44,165 nt of DNA from a virus. How positions within the stretch are numbered: position 1 is the first letter of the stretch; every line of letters begins with the position of its first letter. The notes below the pieces were generated by a model. That model was not told the DNA's origin, did no database searches, and saw only the letters and a program-made list of their open reading frames with translations. Of this stretch, positions 9,256-16,533 are shown piece after piece. Position numbers and translations under genes: made by a program. The stretch lies in the UHGV virus genome UHGV-1352852. One strand, written 5' to 3'.

Positions 9256-9768
9256 TTAACCCCGGTACACGTTAAACGAGAAGCCATTGTTGAGACCACC
9301 ACACAGTAACGGGCGTAGAGCGTCATCCGCCGCGGTAATCGCGGTTGTGGCCCCACTGTCGCCATTGTTGAAGTAGGTCACTGTCACTGCACCCTCTACA
9401 CGCTCAGTCTGCACGGAACGACCGTCTGAGTTAGCCCGAACCTCAGTACCCGCACCGTATGTAGCCGTGGCGATTACCTGCGCAAGAATTACCTGTTTCG
9501 GAATGGCGTTGTTCGCGACAGGGAACCCGTTTAACGTAACACCGGTGCGAGGGTACGCCAGAGACTGTTCAGCGGATACGCGACGCCCGCACATCTGCGG
9601 TTCTGCAAGCCCTACATAAGTAGCGCCGTTTCGCAAGGCCACCTCTGCGGCGGTATCGTCTGCCGGCAACTCCAGACCATAATTAGCCGCTAACGCGCGG
9701 GCGTCAGCCAGACTAATGTAACTGTCAGCGCCAGGTACTATTGACCCATCTTCCACGATTAGCGGCAT
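9256..9768 (-). CDS. virion structural protein
   Basis: 170-aa ORF; its ATG overlaps the stop of the upstream small gene. Confidence 0.4.
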   Translation of the reverse strand: MPLIVEDGSIVPGADSYISLADARALAANYGLELPADDTAAEVALRNGATYVGLAEPQMCGRRVSAEQSLAYPRTGVTLNGFPVANNAIPKQVILAQVIATATYGAGTEVRANSDGRSVQTERVEGAVTVTYFNNGDSGATTAITAADDALRPLLCGGLNNGFSFNVYRG

Positions 9769-9951
9769 AAATTATTCCTCTGACTTACGGCGACGACGCT
9801 TGGTACCGCCGCCGTTGTTGTGCGCTTCTTCGTTGTCCTGTTGGGTTGCAACCAGTTCATCCGCTTCTACCACACCGCGAACAGGCATCACCTGACCATC
9901 GACAATGTCAACGTGGGTATACTTTTCTCGGATTACATAATTATCTGCCAT
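9769..9951 (-). CDS. small basic-tailed protein (not in ORF track; coordinates approximate)
   Basis: Manual translation MADNYVIREKYTHVDIVDGQ...KRRRRKSEE (59 aa) with AAGGAAAGG RBS. Confidence 0.3.
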
Positions 9952-9987
9952 GACCTTTCCTTATTACGGCCCCGAAGGGCTGTTGTA

Positions 9988-10329
9988 TTAAGACACAGTT
10001 GCTACGGTGCTGCTGGAGATAATATTACCATACACATCGTGAACAACCACTTTATACGTGCCTGAATCGGCGGTAGTAGTGGACGCCTTCGCATAGGAAG
10101 CAGCGTTTGCCCCGGCGATAGCGTTGTTGTTCTTGTACCACTGGTAGGAATATGGCTCCAGGCCGCCAGTTACTGCGACGGTCAGGGTCATAGTTTCACC
10201 TGCGGTCACTGCGGTAGTAGCCGCCAGCGCGGAAGAGAAAGACGCAGGAGAAATAGTTGCCATGTCGATCTTAGCGCCCGGGGCGTCAGCGGAGACGCCG
10301 GTGATGCGTCGTTTCAATACGTCTGCCAT
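9988..10329 (-). CDS. Ig-like domain protein (probable capsid decoration)
   Basis: Ig-like signature TLTVAVTGGLEPYSYQWYKNN...DSGTYKVVVHD; immediately downstream of the major capsid gene. Confidence 0.55.
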   Translation of the reverse strand: MADVLKRRITGVSADAPGAKIDMATISPASFSSALAATTAVTAGETMTLTVAVTGGLEPYSYQWYKNNNAIAGANAASYAKASTTTADSGTYKVVVHDVYGNIISSSTVATVS

Positions 10330-10344
10330 TGAGGAATCCTCTTA

Positions 10345-10374
10345 GTAAATGAAAAGAGGGACCGAAGTCCCTCT
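10345..10374 (-). terminator. rho-independent terminator after the major capsid gene
   Basis: On the minus strand: hairpin AGAGGGACTTCGGTCCCTCT followed by TTTTCATTT. Confidence 0.5.
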
Positions 10375-10390
10375 CGATTATAGCTTAACC

Positions 10391-11440
10391 TTAAGCACCG
10401 ACACCAGTTACCAGGAAGGCAATCGGCACATGCTTACGCTCAACAACACGGTTCCAGTTGGAGGCGTTCGCCAGGTCCTGCCATGAAGCAGAGCGCGGGG
10501 TAGTCTCAGTACCGTTACCGGTGATTACCGCACTGGTGAAGCTGTAGCCCAGTGGGTGCAGCAACCAGGTCTTACGGGTCCACAGGGTTTCAACGCCGCC
10601 GCCATTGCCGCGGGACGCTTCGCGCTCGTATTCCAGCGGGTTGGACGGAGAACCTTCACCGTAACCGATAGCGCCGTTACCGAAGATGATGGAGATGAAC
10701 TTACGGCTAGGGCCAGTACCGACTACGGTCATGCTGTCGTCAACAATAACACGGTAGCCCTGGTAGGTGGCGAACATGGTGTTGTTGTCGGCGTCTTTGA
10801 TGAAGTCAATAAGCTGCTGCTTACGGGCCTGCGCATAAACGAAGCTGTGCATCGCGATAGCGCCCAGCACTTCACCGCCGTTACCCATCAGAGCATCACC
10901 CATAGTCTGGGTAGCGTCGATGAACGCGCCCGCGTCGAAGCCCAGAGTAGATGACACGTCGATTACCATGTCATTCTGCTCGTGGTATGCGTCGGTAGCG
11001 GCCACGTTGTCATTATACAGGCCAAGCGCAGTAGCAATCAGACGGCGTTGCGCCTGGCGCTGCCAGAAGTTATCCAGGCGAGAAGCCACAGATTGCAGCG
11101 GGTTCTGGCTGGTCAGTTCAACGGTCAGGTCAGCCTGGCCAAAACCTTCGTTCAGGTAAGCTACGCGCGCCATCATCTCACCGGTCTGGACATTACGCGG
11201 GGTAGCGATGTCCTGGTATACGTCGTTCGAGTAGTTTGGCTCGATAGATGTATCAATCGCTTTCCAGAAAGGAATATTAGCGATGTTGGACGGGCCGCGG
11301 GCAATCTCGGCGGCGTATGGGGTCGGGGTCAGAATACCAGACTGGAAGAACGCGGTTTTTTCTACCGGGTCCTCGGTCATATAAGACGCCAGGACCGGGA
11401 TGTTGCCAGTTACGATATCGCCGATAGTGGTAATTGCCAT
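10391..11440 (-). CDS. major capsid protein (HK97 fold)
   Basis: 349-aa ORF downstream of the scaffold gene with a terminator after it; composition and length typical of siphovirus major capsid proteins. Confidence 0.8.
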   Translation of the reverse strand: MAITTIGDIVTGNIPVLASYMTEDPVEKTAFFQSGILTPTPYAAEIARGPSNIANIPFWKAIDTSIEPNYSNDVYQDIATPRNVQTGEMMARVAYLNEGFGQADLTVELTSQNPLQSVASRLDNFWQRQAQRRLIATALGLYNDNVAATDAYHEQNDMVIDVSSTLGFDAGAFIDATQTMGDALMGNGGEVLGAIAMHSFVYAQARKQQLIDFIKDADNNTMFATYQGYRVIVDDSMTVVGTGPSRKFISIIFGNGAIGYGEGSPSNPLEYEREASRGNGGGVETLWTRKTWLLHPLGYSFTSAVITGNGTETTPRSASWQDLANASNWNRVVERKHVPIAFLVTGVGA

Positions 11441-11442
11441 TA

Positions 11443-12144
11443 TTATTTCCTCAGGGCTTTAAGTTGCCGTTCAAATTCGGCAGGGTTCGATTTATACAGA
11501 GCTAAACGCTCCGCTTCACTCATGTCTTTAAACGCTGGTGCGGCCCCGCCGCCTTTGCTACCGGAAGCCCCGCCGCCGGAAGCTGCATTTGCTTTAATCA
11601 AATGCGAAAACGCTTTGTGTTCACGCAGATATTTACGGAACTGTTCCGGGTCAGTCGTGATTACGTTTCCGTCTGCACCAACAAACTTAGTAACCACATC
11701 GTCACCTTCGAACTCAGTCTTGACGAACGGCGCAAGGATGTCCACTGCTTCCGGGGTAATAAAGTCACCTGCGAAAGAGCCTAACACCGCTTTACGTTCG
11801 CTGCCGAGGATGCGCTCCGCCATTCTGGAGATGCGACCGTCTTTCTCGGCTAACACCGGGTCATACTGGCTACGAATCGTCTTTTCGAACTCGTCCATCT
11901 TACCTGCGGCTTTTAACGCCTCCTGGTGTGCGCGCTGCCGTTCTTCTTCGGCCTCTTTTGCTTTGCGAGCGGCTTCTTTCTTCTCCGCCAGCAATGCTTC
12001 CTGATTGGCCTTAAGCCCGGCAACTTCTTTCTCAATCAGCGCCTGAACTTCTTCAGCGGTGAACATTTTCGGCGCGCCACCGCCACCGGCTTTATCTTCT
12101 ACCCCAGCTTCTTCCCGGAACGGATAACGTAAAAAACGATTCAT
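11443..12144 (-). CDS. scaffolding protein
   Basis: Track ORF 11443..12198; ATG at 12144 (MNRFLRYPF). Highly charged Ala/Glu/Lys-rich coiled-coil protein directly upstream of the capsid gene. Confidence 0.65.
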   Translation of the reverse strand: MNRFLRYPFREEAGVEDKAGGGGAPKMFTAEEVQALIEKEVAGLKANQEALLAEKKEAARKAKEAEEERQRAHQEALKAAGKMDEFEKTIRSQYDPVLAEKDGRISRMAERILGSERKAVLGSFAGDFITPEAVDILAPFVKTEFEGDDVVTKFVGADGNVITTDPEQFRKYLREHKAFSHLIKANAASGGGASGSKGGGAAPAFKDMSEAERLALYKSNPAEFERQLKALRK

Positions 12145-12359
12145 AGTCAGTATGTCCCCTGGACGTTGGAACCCGGGCCACCCGGATTTACATGTCAAGA
12201 ATAAATTATTACTGATTATGTTGCAACCTGGAATAATTTACTCAACTACCCCGCCACAGCTTACGGTTGCGATACAAAGATTCCCGCTTAACCGGGTTGG
12301 CAATAGCCTTGATAGCGTTCTTAAGTTTCTGGTGTTTAAGGTCTTCTAAACTGAACGGT

Positions 12360-12629
12360 TTAGTCGGCATTTGTTATGTTCCTCACGTAATCCTGCAACA
12401 TGAACACTTTCAGCCTCAGTTGCCGTACACATTCGGCGTTCTGAACGTCGATAGCCAAATCCTCATCGGCGTCGCTACTTGGCAGCGCCAGCTTGCACGG
12501 CGGCTGCATCATTGTCATATCCGGGGATGGAATTGGCGTTTGCGACGGCGCGGGACTTGAGCTGCACGCGCTCAGGGTCAAAAGTGCACACGCTGCGACC
12601 AGGCGTTCTAATGTACTTAACGACTTCAC
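12360..12629 (-). CDS. o-spanin (Rz1-like outer-membrane lipoprotein)
   Basis: GTG start; lipobox LTLSAC followed by Pro-rich periplasmic segment; embedded in and extending beyond the i-spanin gene in another frame. Confidence 0.6.
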   Translation of the reverse strand: MKSLSTLERLVAACALLTLSACSSSPAPSQTPIPSPDMTMMQPPCKLALPSSDADEDLAIDVQNAECVRQLRLKVFMLQDYVRNITNAD

Positions 12630-12861
12630 GGGTAATCACCTCTGATTTCGTCTTGCCTTCGTTGTCAGCGGCGGCGGCCTTCGATTCGTCCTGCTGCTGC
12701 CGTTGTGTTTTCTTTACCAGCTCGGCCTGTGATTTCTGCTGTTGCTGCGAAACGAGATTAGCGCGGCCTTCGTTCCAGCCGATGCGGTACTGGTAGATGC
12801 CGTGTGCGTAAGCCAGGATGACGAAACATGCTCCTGCTACGACAGTTGCTTTAAGATTCAT
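12475..12861 (-). CDS. i-spanin (Rz-like)
   Basis: N-terminal TM helix (LKATVVAGACFVILAYAHGIY) then charged Gln/Lys-rich periplasmic domain; AAGGAGA RBS; overlaps the o-spanin gene. Confidence 0.55.
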   Translation of the reverse strand: MNLKATVVAGACFVILAYAHGIYQYRIGWNEGRANLVSQQQQKSQAELVKKTQRQQQDESKAAAADNEGKTKSEVITREVVKYIRTPGRSVCTFDPERVQLKSRAVANANSIPGYDNDAAAVQAGAAK

Positions 12862-13112
12862 GTTTCTCCTTTCTCGATAAGTAAAGCCCCGCCTTAAAGC
12901 GGGGCGCTAGTCCTTATCATTTAAACATAGAAACGGCGTAATCTCAGTAAACCAGTTACTTTTTACACAAGCAATAGAGTATGGCCCTTCCGAACGCGTC
13001 AGCGTAACTACACTCAGGACTTACGTCCCGCTCCGTTACCTGCCCGCGCCGCGGTCGCTTGTTCATACTTCACAAGCTCAGGTGGAGCTTATCATATTTT
13101 TAGTGAAAAGTC

Positions 13113-13128
13113 AACTATTCGAATAGTT
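13113..13128. promoter_or_regulatory. perfect 16-bp palindrome AACTATTCGAATAGTT
   Basis: Read directly; same AATAG/CTATT half-sites as the operator family, in inverted arrangement, in a 375-bp intergenic region. Confidence 0.3.
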
Positions 13129-13180
13129 TATTCTAACATTTACAATTCGGTGGAATAACTGGAATACGTAAATAAATAGT

Positions 13181-13209
13181 TTGCGCACACCAACATAACA
13201 GGGTACTAT
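13181..13209 (+). promoter_or_regulatory. sigma70-like promoter TTGCGC-N17-TACTAT with embedded palindrome
   Basis: Near-identical to the copies at 4377 and 16229; ~28 nt upstream of the 13237 start. Confidence 0.5.
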
Positions 13210-13236
13210 TCAGTTAATTTAAACAGGAGATGAAAA

Positions 13237-13758
13237 ATGGTTACTACAGTAATTACTTTCCCTGCGTATGTAGGGGCGAAAATATGCAGGGCTAAAAATG
13301 ATGTTCGCTACTATTTGAACGCTTTTTACATAGACCCTGAAGGATTGATAGTGTCTACGGACGGTCATAGATTGTTCTGCGACAATGTGAAGACCAACGT
13401 TGAGAAAGGGACTCTCATAGACATCAAAGGGAGAGAGCCTTCTAAATTTAACTACGCGGAGGTAAACCACGACAACGGCAGTGTATCTTTCTATGACGAT
13501 AATCGTGCGCTTATATGTACACTTCCGGTAGATGTTGTAGAAGGAAACTTTCCTGACTGGAGACGCGTGGCGCACATCACACCGGGTGTTGTCGATAGTA
13601 TAGGGTTCACCCTGCGTTATTTGGCAGACGCGTACAAGATTTCTAAGGCATACAAAAATGAAATTGCTCGTTTCGATTTCCAGGACCAAACCAGAGGATG
13701 TAAAATACTATTTTCAAACACGGCCTTTATGGTGTTAATGCCTGCGCGATTTAAATAA
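13237..13758 (+). CDS. beta sliding clamp (DnaN)-derived mini-protein
   Basis: Carries DnaN hallmark motifs in order: DVRYYLN, TDGHRL, GNFPDWRRV, IGFTLRYLADA and C-terminal FMVLMPARF (compare E. coli DnaN DVRYYLNG, TDGHRL, GRFPDYRRV, IGFNVSYVLDV, YVVMPMRL). AGGAGA RBS; terminator downstream. Confidence 0.7.
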   Translation: MVTTVITFPAYVGAKICRAKNDVRYYLNAFYIDPEGLIVSTDGHRLFCDNVKTNVEKGTLIDIKGREPSKFNYAEVNHDNGSVSFYDDNRALICTLPVDVVEGNFPDWRRVAHITPGVVDSIGFTLRYLADAYKISKAYKNEIARFDFQDQTRGCKILFSNTAFMVLMPARFK

Positions 13759-13761
13759 AAC

Positions 13762-13785
13762 TAGGGCCCCATACGGGGCCTTTTA
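13762..13785 (+). terminator. rho-independent terminator
   Basis: Hairpin GGGCCCCATACGGGGCC followed by TTTT, directly after the DnaN-like gene. Confidence 0.55.
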
Positions 13786-14247
13786 TCATTCTGGCTTAGT
13801 GACCTTCGCCGCTTTACTGAAGGCCTCTACGCCATCGGCATCGGTAACCTTGACGAAGTATTCACCGACTGCATTAACCGTCAGAGACAAAGCCTCTTCA
13901 GGTGCGTTTACCACTTCCTTACCGTCTTTGTACCAGGTCAGCACATATGGCGCTTTACCAGCCTTAACTTCGACAGTGAGAGTCGCGCTGCCGTCTGTCA
14001 GTTCGGTATCCTGCGGTTGCGCAGAGAAATACACGTCTCCAGCGTCTGCCAGATACGGAATCTCGTAAAGCATACCTGCGGTCGGTAGCGCAATACCAGT
14101 TTTATCTGCAAACGGCATATCGTCTACAGGTGTACCGAGTACACTTTCATCTTCAATAAATACCACGTTCTCACCGGAGCCAGACACACGGGCGTACTGG
14201 ACTACGCGACGCGACGGTACGTCAGTTACTTTGAAAAAGCCCATCAT
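13786..14247 (-). CDS. Ig-like domain structural protein
   Basis: Segment TLTVEVKAGKAPYVLTWYKDGKEV...GEYFVKVTDADG is Ig-like; downstream of the head-morphogenesis gene. Confidence 0.45.
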   Translation of the reverse strand: MMGFFKVTDVPSRRVVQYARVSGSGENVVFIEDESVLGTPVDDMPFADKTGIALPTAGMLYEIPYLADAGDVYFSAQPQDTELTDGSATLTVEVKAGKAPYVLTWYKDGKEVVNAPEEALSLTVNAVGEYFVKVTDADGVEAFSKAAKVTKPE

Positions 14248-16184
14248 TATTCCCCTTTCAGATAATCAGCAACACGTTTATCGAGTTCCGCCATCTGCTT
14301 AAGCGTGAGCGGACGCCCAAAACCATCTACAGATATTACGCGAAACTCCTCTGGTGATATACCGCTGTTACGGAAAATCTTACCGCGAACAGGGCCGAGC
14401 GCCTGGTCCTGAAACCATGCGGGCTGTTGTTTAAGGAACTCGTAGTAGGTTGTGTCCGCGCTTACCTGAGTACCGCCGTCCGCCCCGCGTGCCGCGCGTT
14501 TTGCGCCTTTATCAAGGAAGTCGAACTCCGAGCTAATCACCGGGGCCGTGGTACTTCTGCAATTCGGATGCGCTGGCGGCATCGGCCCTTTTCCAATTTC
14601 CCACGTCATTCCGTCTCTGGCCCTGCAATTCTTGACTATCGCACTACCTGCTGTATAATATCCTTGACTACTAGAGAGGGTATAAACATGGCACGTTCTA
14701 AACTCGACGCTTATGCGGATGATATTTGTTCTTTGTACCGAGATGGCACTCCCGCCAGCATCATAGCCAAGAATTACGGCGTCACTACCACCACGGTAAC
14801 AACATTTCTCAAGAAGCTCGGACTCATGCATGATCGACCCCGTGGTTGGGTTTCTAACGACACCATTTTGAATCAAAAAAGGGCTATAGAATTGTTCGAG
14901 TCCGGCGTCCCGCCTATTGAGTGCATAAGAAGGACCCAAGTAAGCAAAACAGTTTTCTATTCTATGGTCAAAACACTTGGCCTCGCTAAGCGCGGGCACA
15001 CTCACAGGACATTCACCCCGGAGGAGAAAATCGCCAGAGCTATCGTCCGACAGCAAAGCGGCGCTATGAATAAGACTGAAACCCTCGCTTTTGAATTGTT
15101 TAATTCCGCTGGCGTGGACGTAGTTCCGCAGTTTGCAATCGGCCCGTACAATGTCGATTTTGCCATTGAGTCCCACTCCATCGCCATAGAAATCTGTTGC
15201 CGCGGGACTCGTGCTTACCATTTTCCTGATGGGGAAATCAGCGAGCGTATTAAAAATATAATCCGCTCTGGCTGGCATGTTTATGTTCTTCACTGTTTCG
15301 AGCACAGTCACTTTGTCAACAGTGGTATACAAGACATGCTTAGTTGGATCGAGTTCATCAAGCGGAGTCCATCCGTATTGCGTGAGTACAGGGTGTTTCG
15401 GGGTGCCACTGAACTTCTCGCCGTTGGAAAGTTCGATGGTAAAGATTTTTCCTGAATAGAGTCCGCGCATTACCGCGTCCATCCCCGCGATGGGCGCTAA
15501 TTCTGTTTCAGCCGTGAAACACGTTGTACTGGTACGGCTGTCCAGCGTTGACACCCACTCGTATTTCTCGATGATGTCGTCGTTCTGGCGGTACGTCTCG
15601 TTACGGGCTTCGTTGGATACGTGAGCCAGCGCCGTACGTATTACGGTAGCGGCGTTACGCTCAGAGATGTCGGCCAGTCCGCCAGCGCCTACAACATTCT
15701 TAACAATCTGCCGTGTGGTTTGACCCTGAACAAAGCCCATCTTAACGCCAGTTACCAGGCGCGATACTTCTGTTTCACCCCAGCCACCCATCAGCTTAGT
15801 GAAATCTACTGGCTTGTCGCTTAACGACAGAGGCTGAAACTCGGCAGCGGCCCACACCTGTTCGGCAGTAGGCGTAACAAATTCAGCGTTGACGTTGGCC
15901 GTGAGTGTCTTTACATTCCACTCAGCCTCATACGCCGCCAGGTCCTTAAGGTCTTCTGTCAGCTTTGTTTGCCAGTCACCCGTAAGTCCTGTCAGTGCTT
16001 CTTCTAGGTCGCGTAACAATTTATTCAGTCGCGCAGTGCTTCGCCCGTCGTCACCGAATAACAGCACCTGCCGTTTGATTTCATCCCGCATCTCCTGAAT
16101 GAACGGTGTGAGGTCTTTCACTTCGCCGGATGCGGTGCGTTGCAGCCATATCTGGTGGCTGATTAGGGATGTAAGTAAGCTCAT
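14247..16184 (-). CDS. head morphogenesis protein (Mu F / SPP1 gp7-like), intein-containing
   Basis: Track ORF 14247..16241; ATG at 16184 (MSLLTSL) with GGAGGG RBS. C-terminal PPAHPNCRS motif typical of the Mu F family; central ~300-aa insertion with intein motifs. Confidence 0.7.
   Translation of the reverse strand: MSLLTSLISHQIWLQRTASGEVKDLTPFIQEMRDEIKRQVLLFGDDGRSTARLNKLLRDLEEALTGLTGDWQTKLTEDLKDLAAYEAEWNVKTLTANVNAEFVTPTAEQVWAAAEFQPLSLSDKPVDFTKLMGGWGETEVSRLVTGVKMGFVQGQTTRQIVKNVVGAGGLADISERNAATVIRTALAHVSNEARNETYRQNDDIIEKYEWVSTLDSRTSTTCFTAETELAPIAGMDAVMRGLYSGKIFTIELSNGEKFSGTPKHPVLTQYGWTPLDELDPTKHVLYTTVDKVTVLETVKNINMPARADYIFNTLADFPIRKMVSTSPAATDFYGDGVGLNGKIDIVRADCKLRNYVHASGIKQFKSEGFSLIHSAALLSDDSSGDFLLRGECPVSVPALSEAKCFDHRIENCFAYLGPSYALNRRDAGLEQFYSPFLIQNGVVRNPTTGSIMHESELLEKCCYRGGSDAVILGYDAGGSAISVQRTNIIRISVEFRTCHVYTLSSSQGYYTAGSAIVKNCRARDGMTWEIGKGPMPPAHPNCRSTTAPVISSEFDFLDKGAKRAARGADGGTQVSADTTYYEFLKQQPAWFQDQALGPVRGKIFRNSGISPEEFRVISVDGFGRPLTLKQMAELDKRVADYLKGE
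14632..14659 (+). promoter_or_regulatory. sigma70 promoter TTGACT-N16-TATAAT for the intein-embedded endonuclease gene
   Basis: Near-consensus -35 and -10 hexamers read directly; GAGAGGG RBS follows ~8 nt before the ATG at 14688. Confidence 0.55.
14688..15455 (+). CDS. homing endonuclease-like protein: two HTH motifs + Vsr-like (DUF559) PD-(D/E)XK nuclease domain
   Basis: Internal ATG of track ORF 14427..15455. HTH segments SIIAKNYGVTTTTVTTFLKKLGL and IECIRRTQVSKTVFYSMVKTLGL; C-terminal core YNVDFAIESHSIAIEI...GWHVYVL; encoded antisense within the intein. Confidence 0.6.
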   Translation: MARSKLDAYADDICSLYRDGTPASIIAKNYGVTTTTVTTFLKKLGLMHDRPRGWVSNDTILNQKRAIELFESGVPPIECIRRTQVSKTVFYSMVKTLGLAKRGHTHRTFTPEEKIARAIVRQQSGAMNKTETLAFELFNSAGVDVVPQFAIGPYNVDFAIESHSIAIEICCRGTRAYHFPDGEISERIKNIIRSGWHVYVLHCFEHSHFVNSGIQDMLSWIEFIKRSPSVLREYRVFRGATELLAVGKFDGKDFS

Positions 16185-16228
16185 ATGCCCTCCTGTAGTA
16201 TCGCCAGTGTAACGCATAAAAATAATAT

Positions 16229-16257
16229 TTGCAGACACCAATATAATAGGGTACTAT
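16229..16257 (+). promoter_or_regulatory. sigma70-like promoter TTGCAG-N17-TACTAT with embedded palindrome
   Basis: Third near-identical copy; leader shares TATCGAAACGAGA with the copy at 26613. Confidence 0.5.
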
Positions 16258-16291
16258 TCAGCTATCGAAACGAGAGATAAGGGATTTAAAG

Positions 16292-16504
16292 ATGAAAGAA
16301 TTAATTATCGCGGTATTGACGACACTGGCAGTTTCACTGGTAATTGCTGCTGGTGTACGTAGCTTAGATAAACACGGGTGTGAGAACTACGGAGATGTCA
16401 CAGGCAGAGAGGTAATGTATAGTTACACAACTTGTTATGTGAAAACTGATAGAGGTTTTATCCCTCGTGAAGAACTTAATTTCAGAGCAGCGACACATGA
16501 ATAA
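16292..16504 (+). CDS. small membrane-anchored protein, moron
   Basis: 70 aa; N-terminal TM segment LIIAVLTTLAVSLVIAAGV then a short Cys-containing domain; AAGGGA RBS; terminator downstream. Confidence 0.5.
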   Translation: MKELIIAVLTTLAVSLVIAAGVRSLDKHGCENYGDVTGREVMYSYTTCYVKTDRGFIPREELNFRAATHE

Positions 16505-16505
16505 A

Positions 16506-16532
16506 ACTAAGGCCCCGAAAGGGGCCTTTTTC
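16506..16532. terminator. bidirectional rho-independent terminator
   Basis: Hairpin AGGCCCCGAAAGGGGCCT flanked by an A-run and TTTTT; lies between the convergent 16292 gene and the portal gene. Confidence 0.55.
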
Positions 16533-16533
16533 T

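Larger units (their letters stand above)
14625..15521 (-). mobile_element. intein (Hint domain) within the head morphogenesis protein
   Basis: Host-protein residues 241-539: N-terminal CFTAETEL, block B SGTPKHPVLTQYGWTPLDEL (TxxH), C-terminal HVYTLSSSQGYYTAGSAIVKN followed by +1 Cys. Confidence 0.6.

Noticed and set aside
10556-12004. Plus-strand ORFs (up to 340 aa, 10982..12004) antisense to the capsid and scaffold genes
   Set aside because: Antisense to two well-supported structural genes; translations are Ser/Arg/Ala-rich with no motifs; no start-site signals.
14427-14687. Upstream extension of the intein-embedded endonuclease ORF to the first in-frame start at 14427
   Set aside because: A near-consensus promoter and RBS lie inside this extension, so the ATG at 14688 is the more plausible start; the extension would also overlap the extein coding region.
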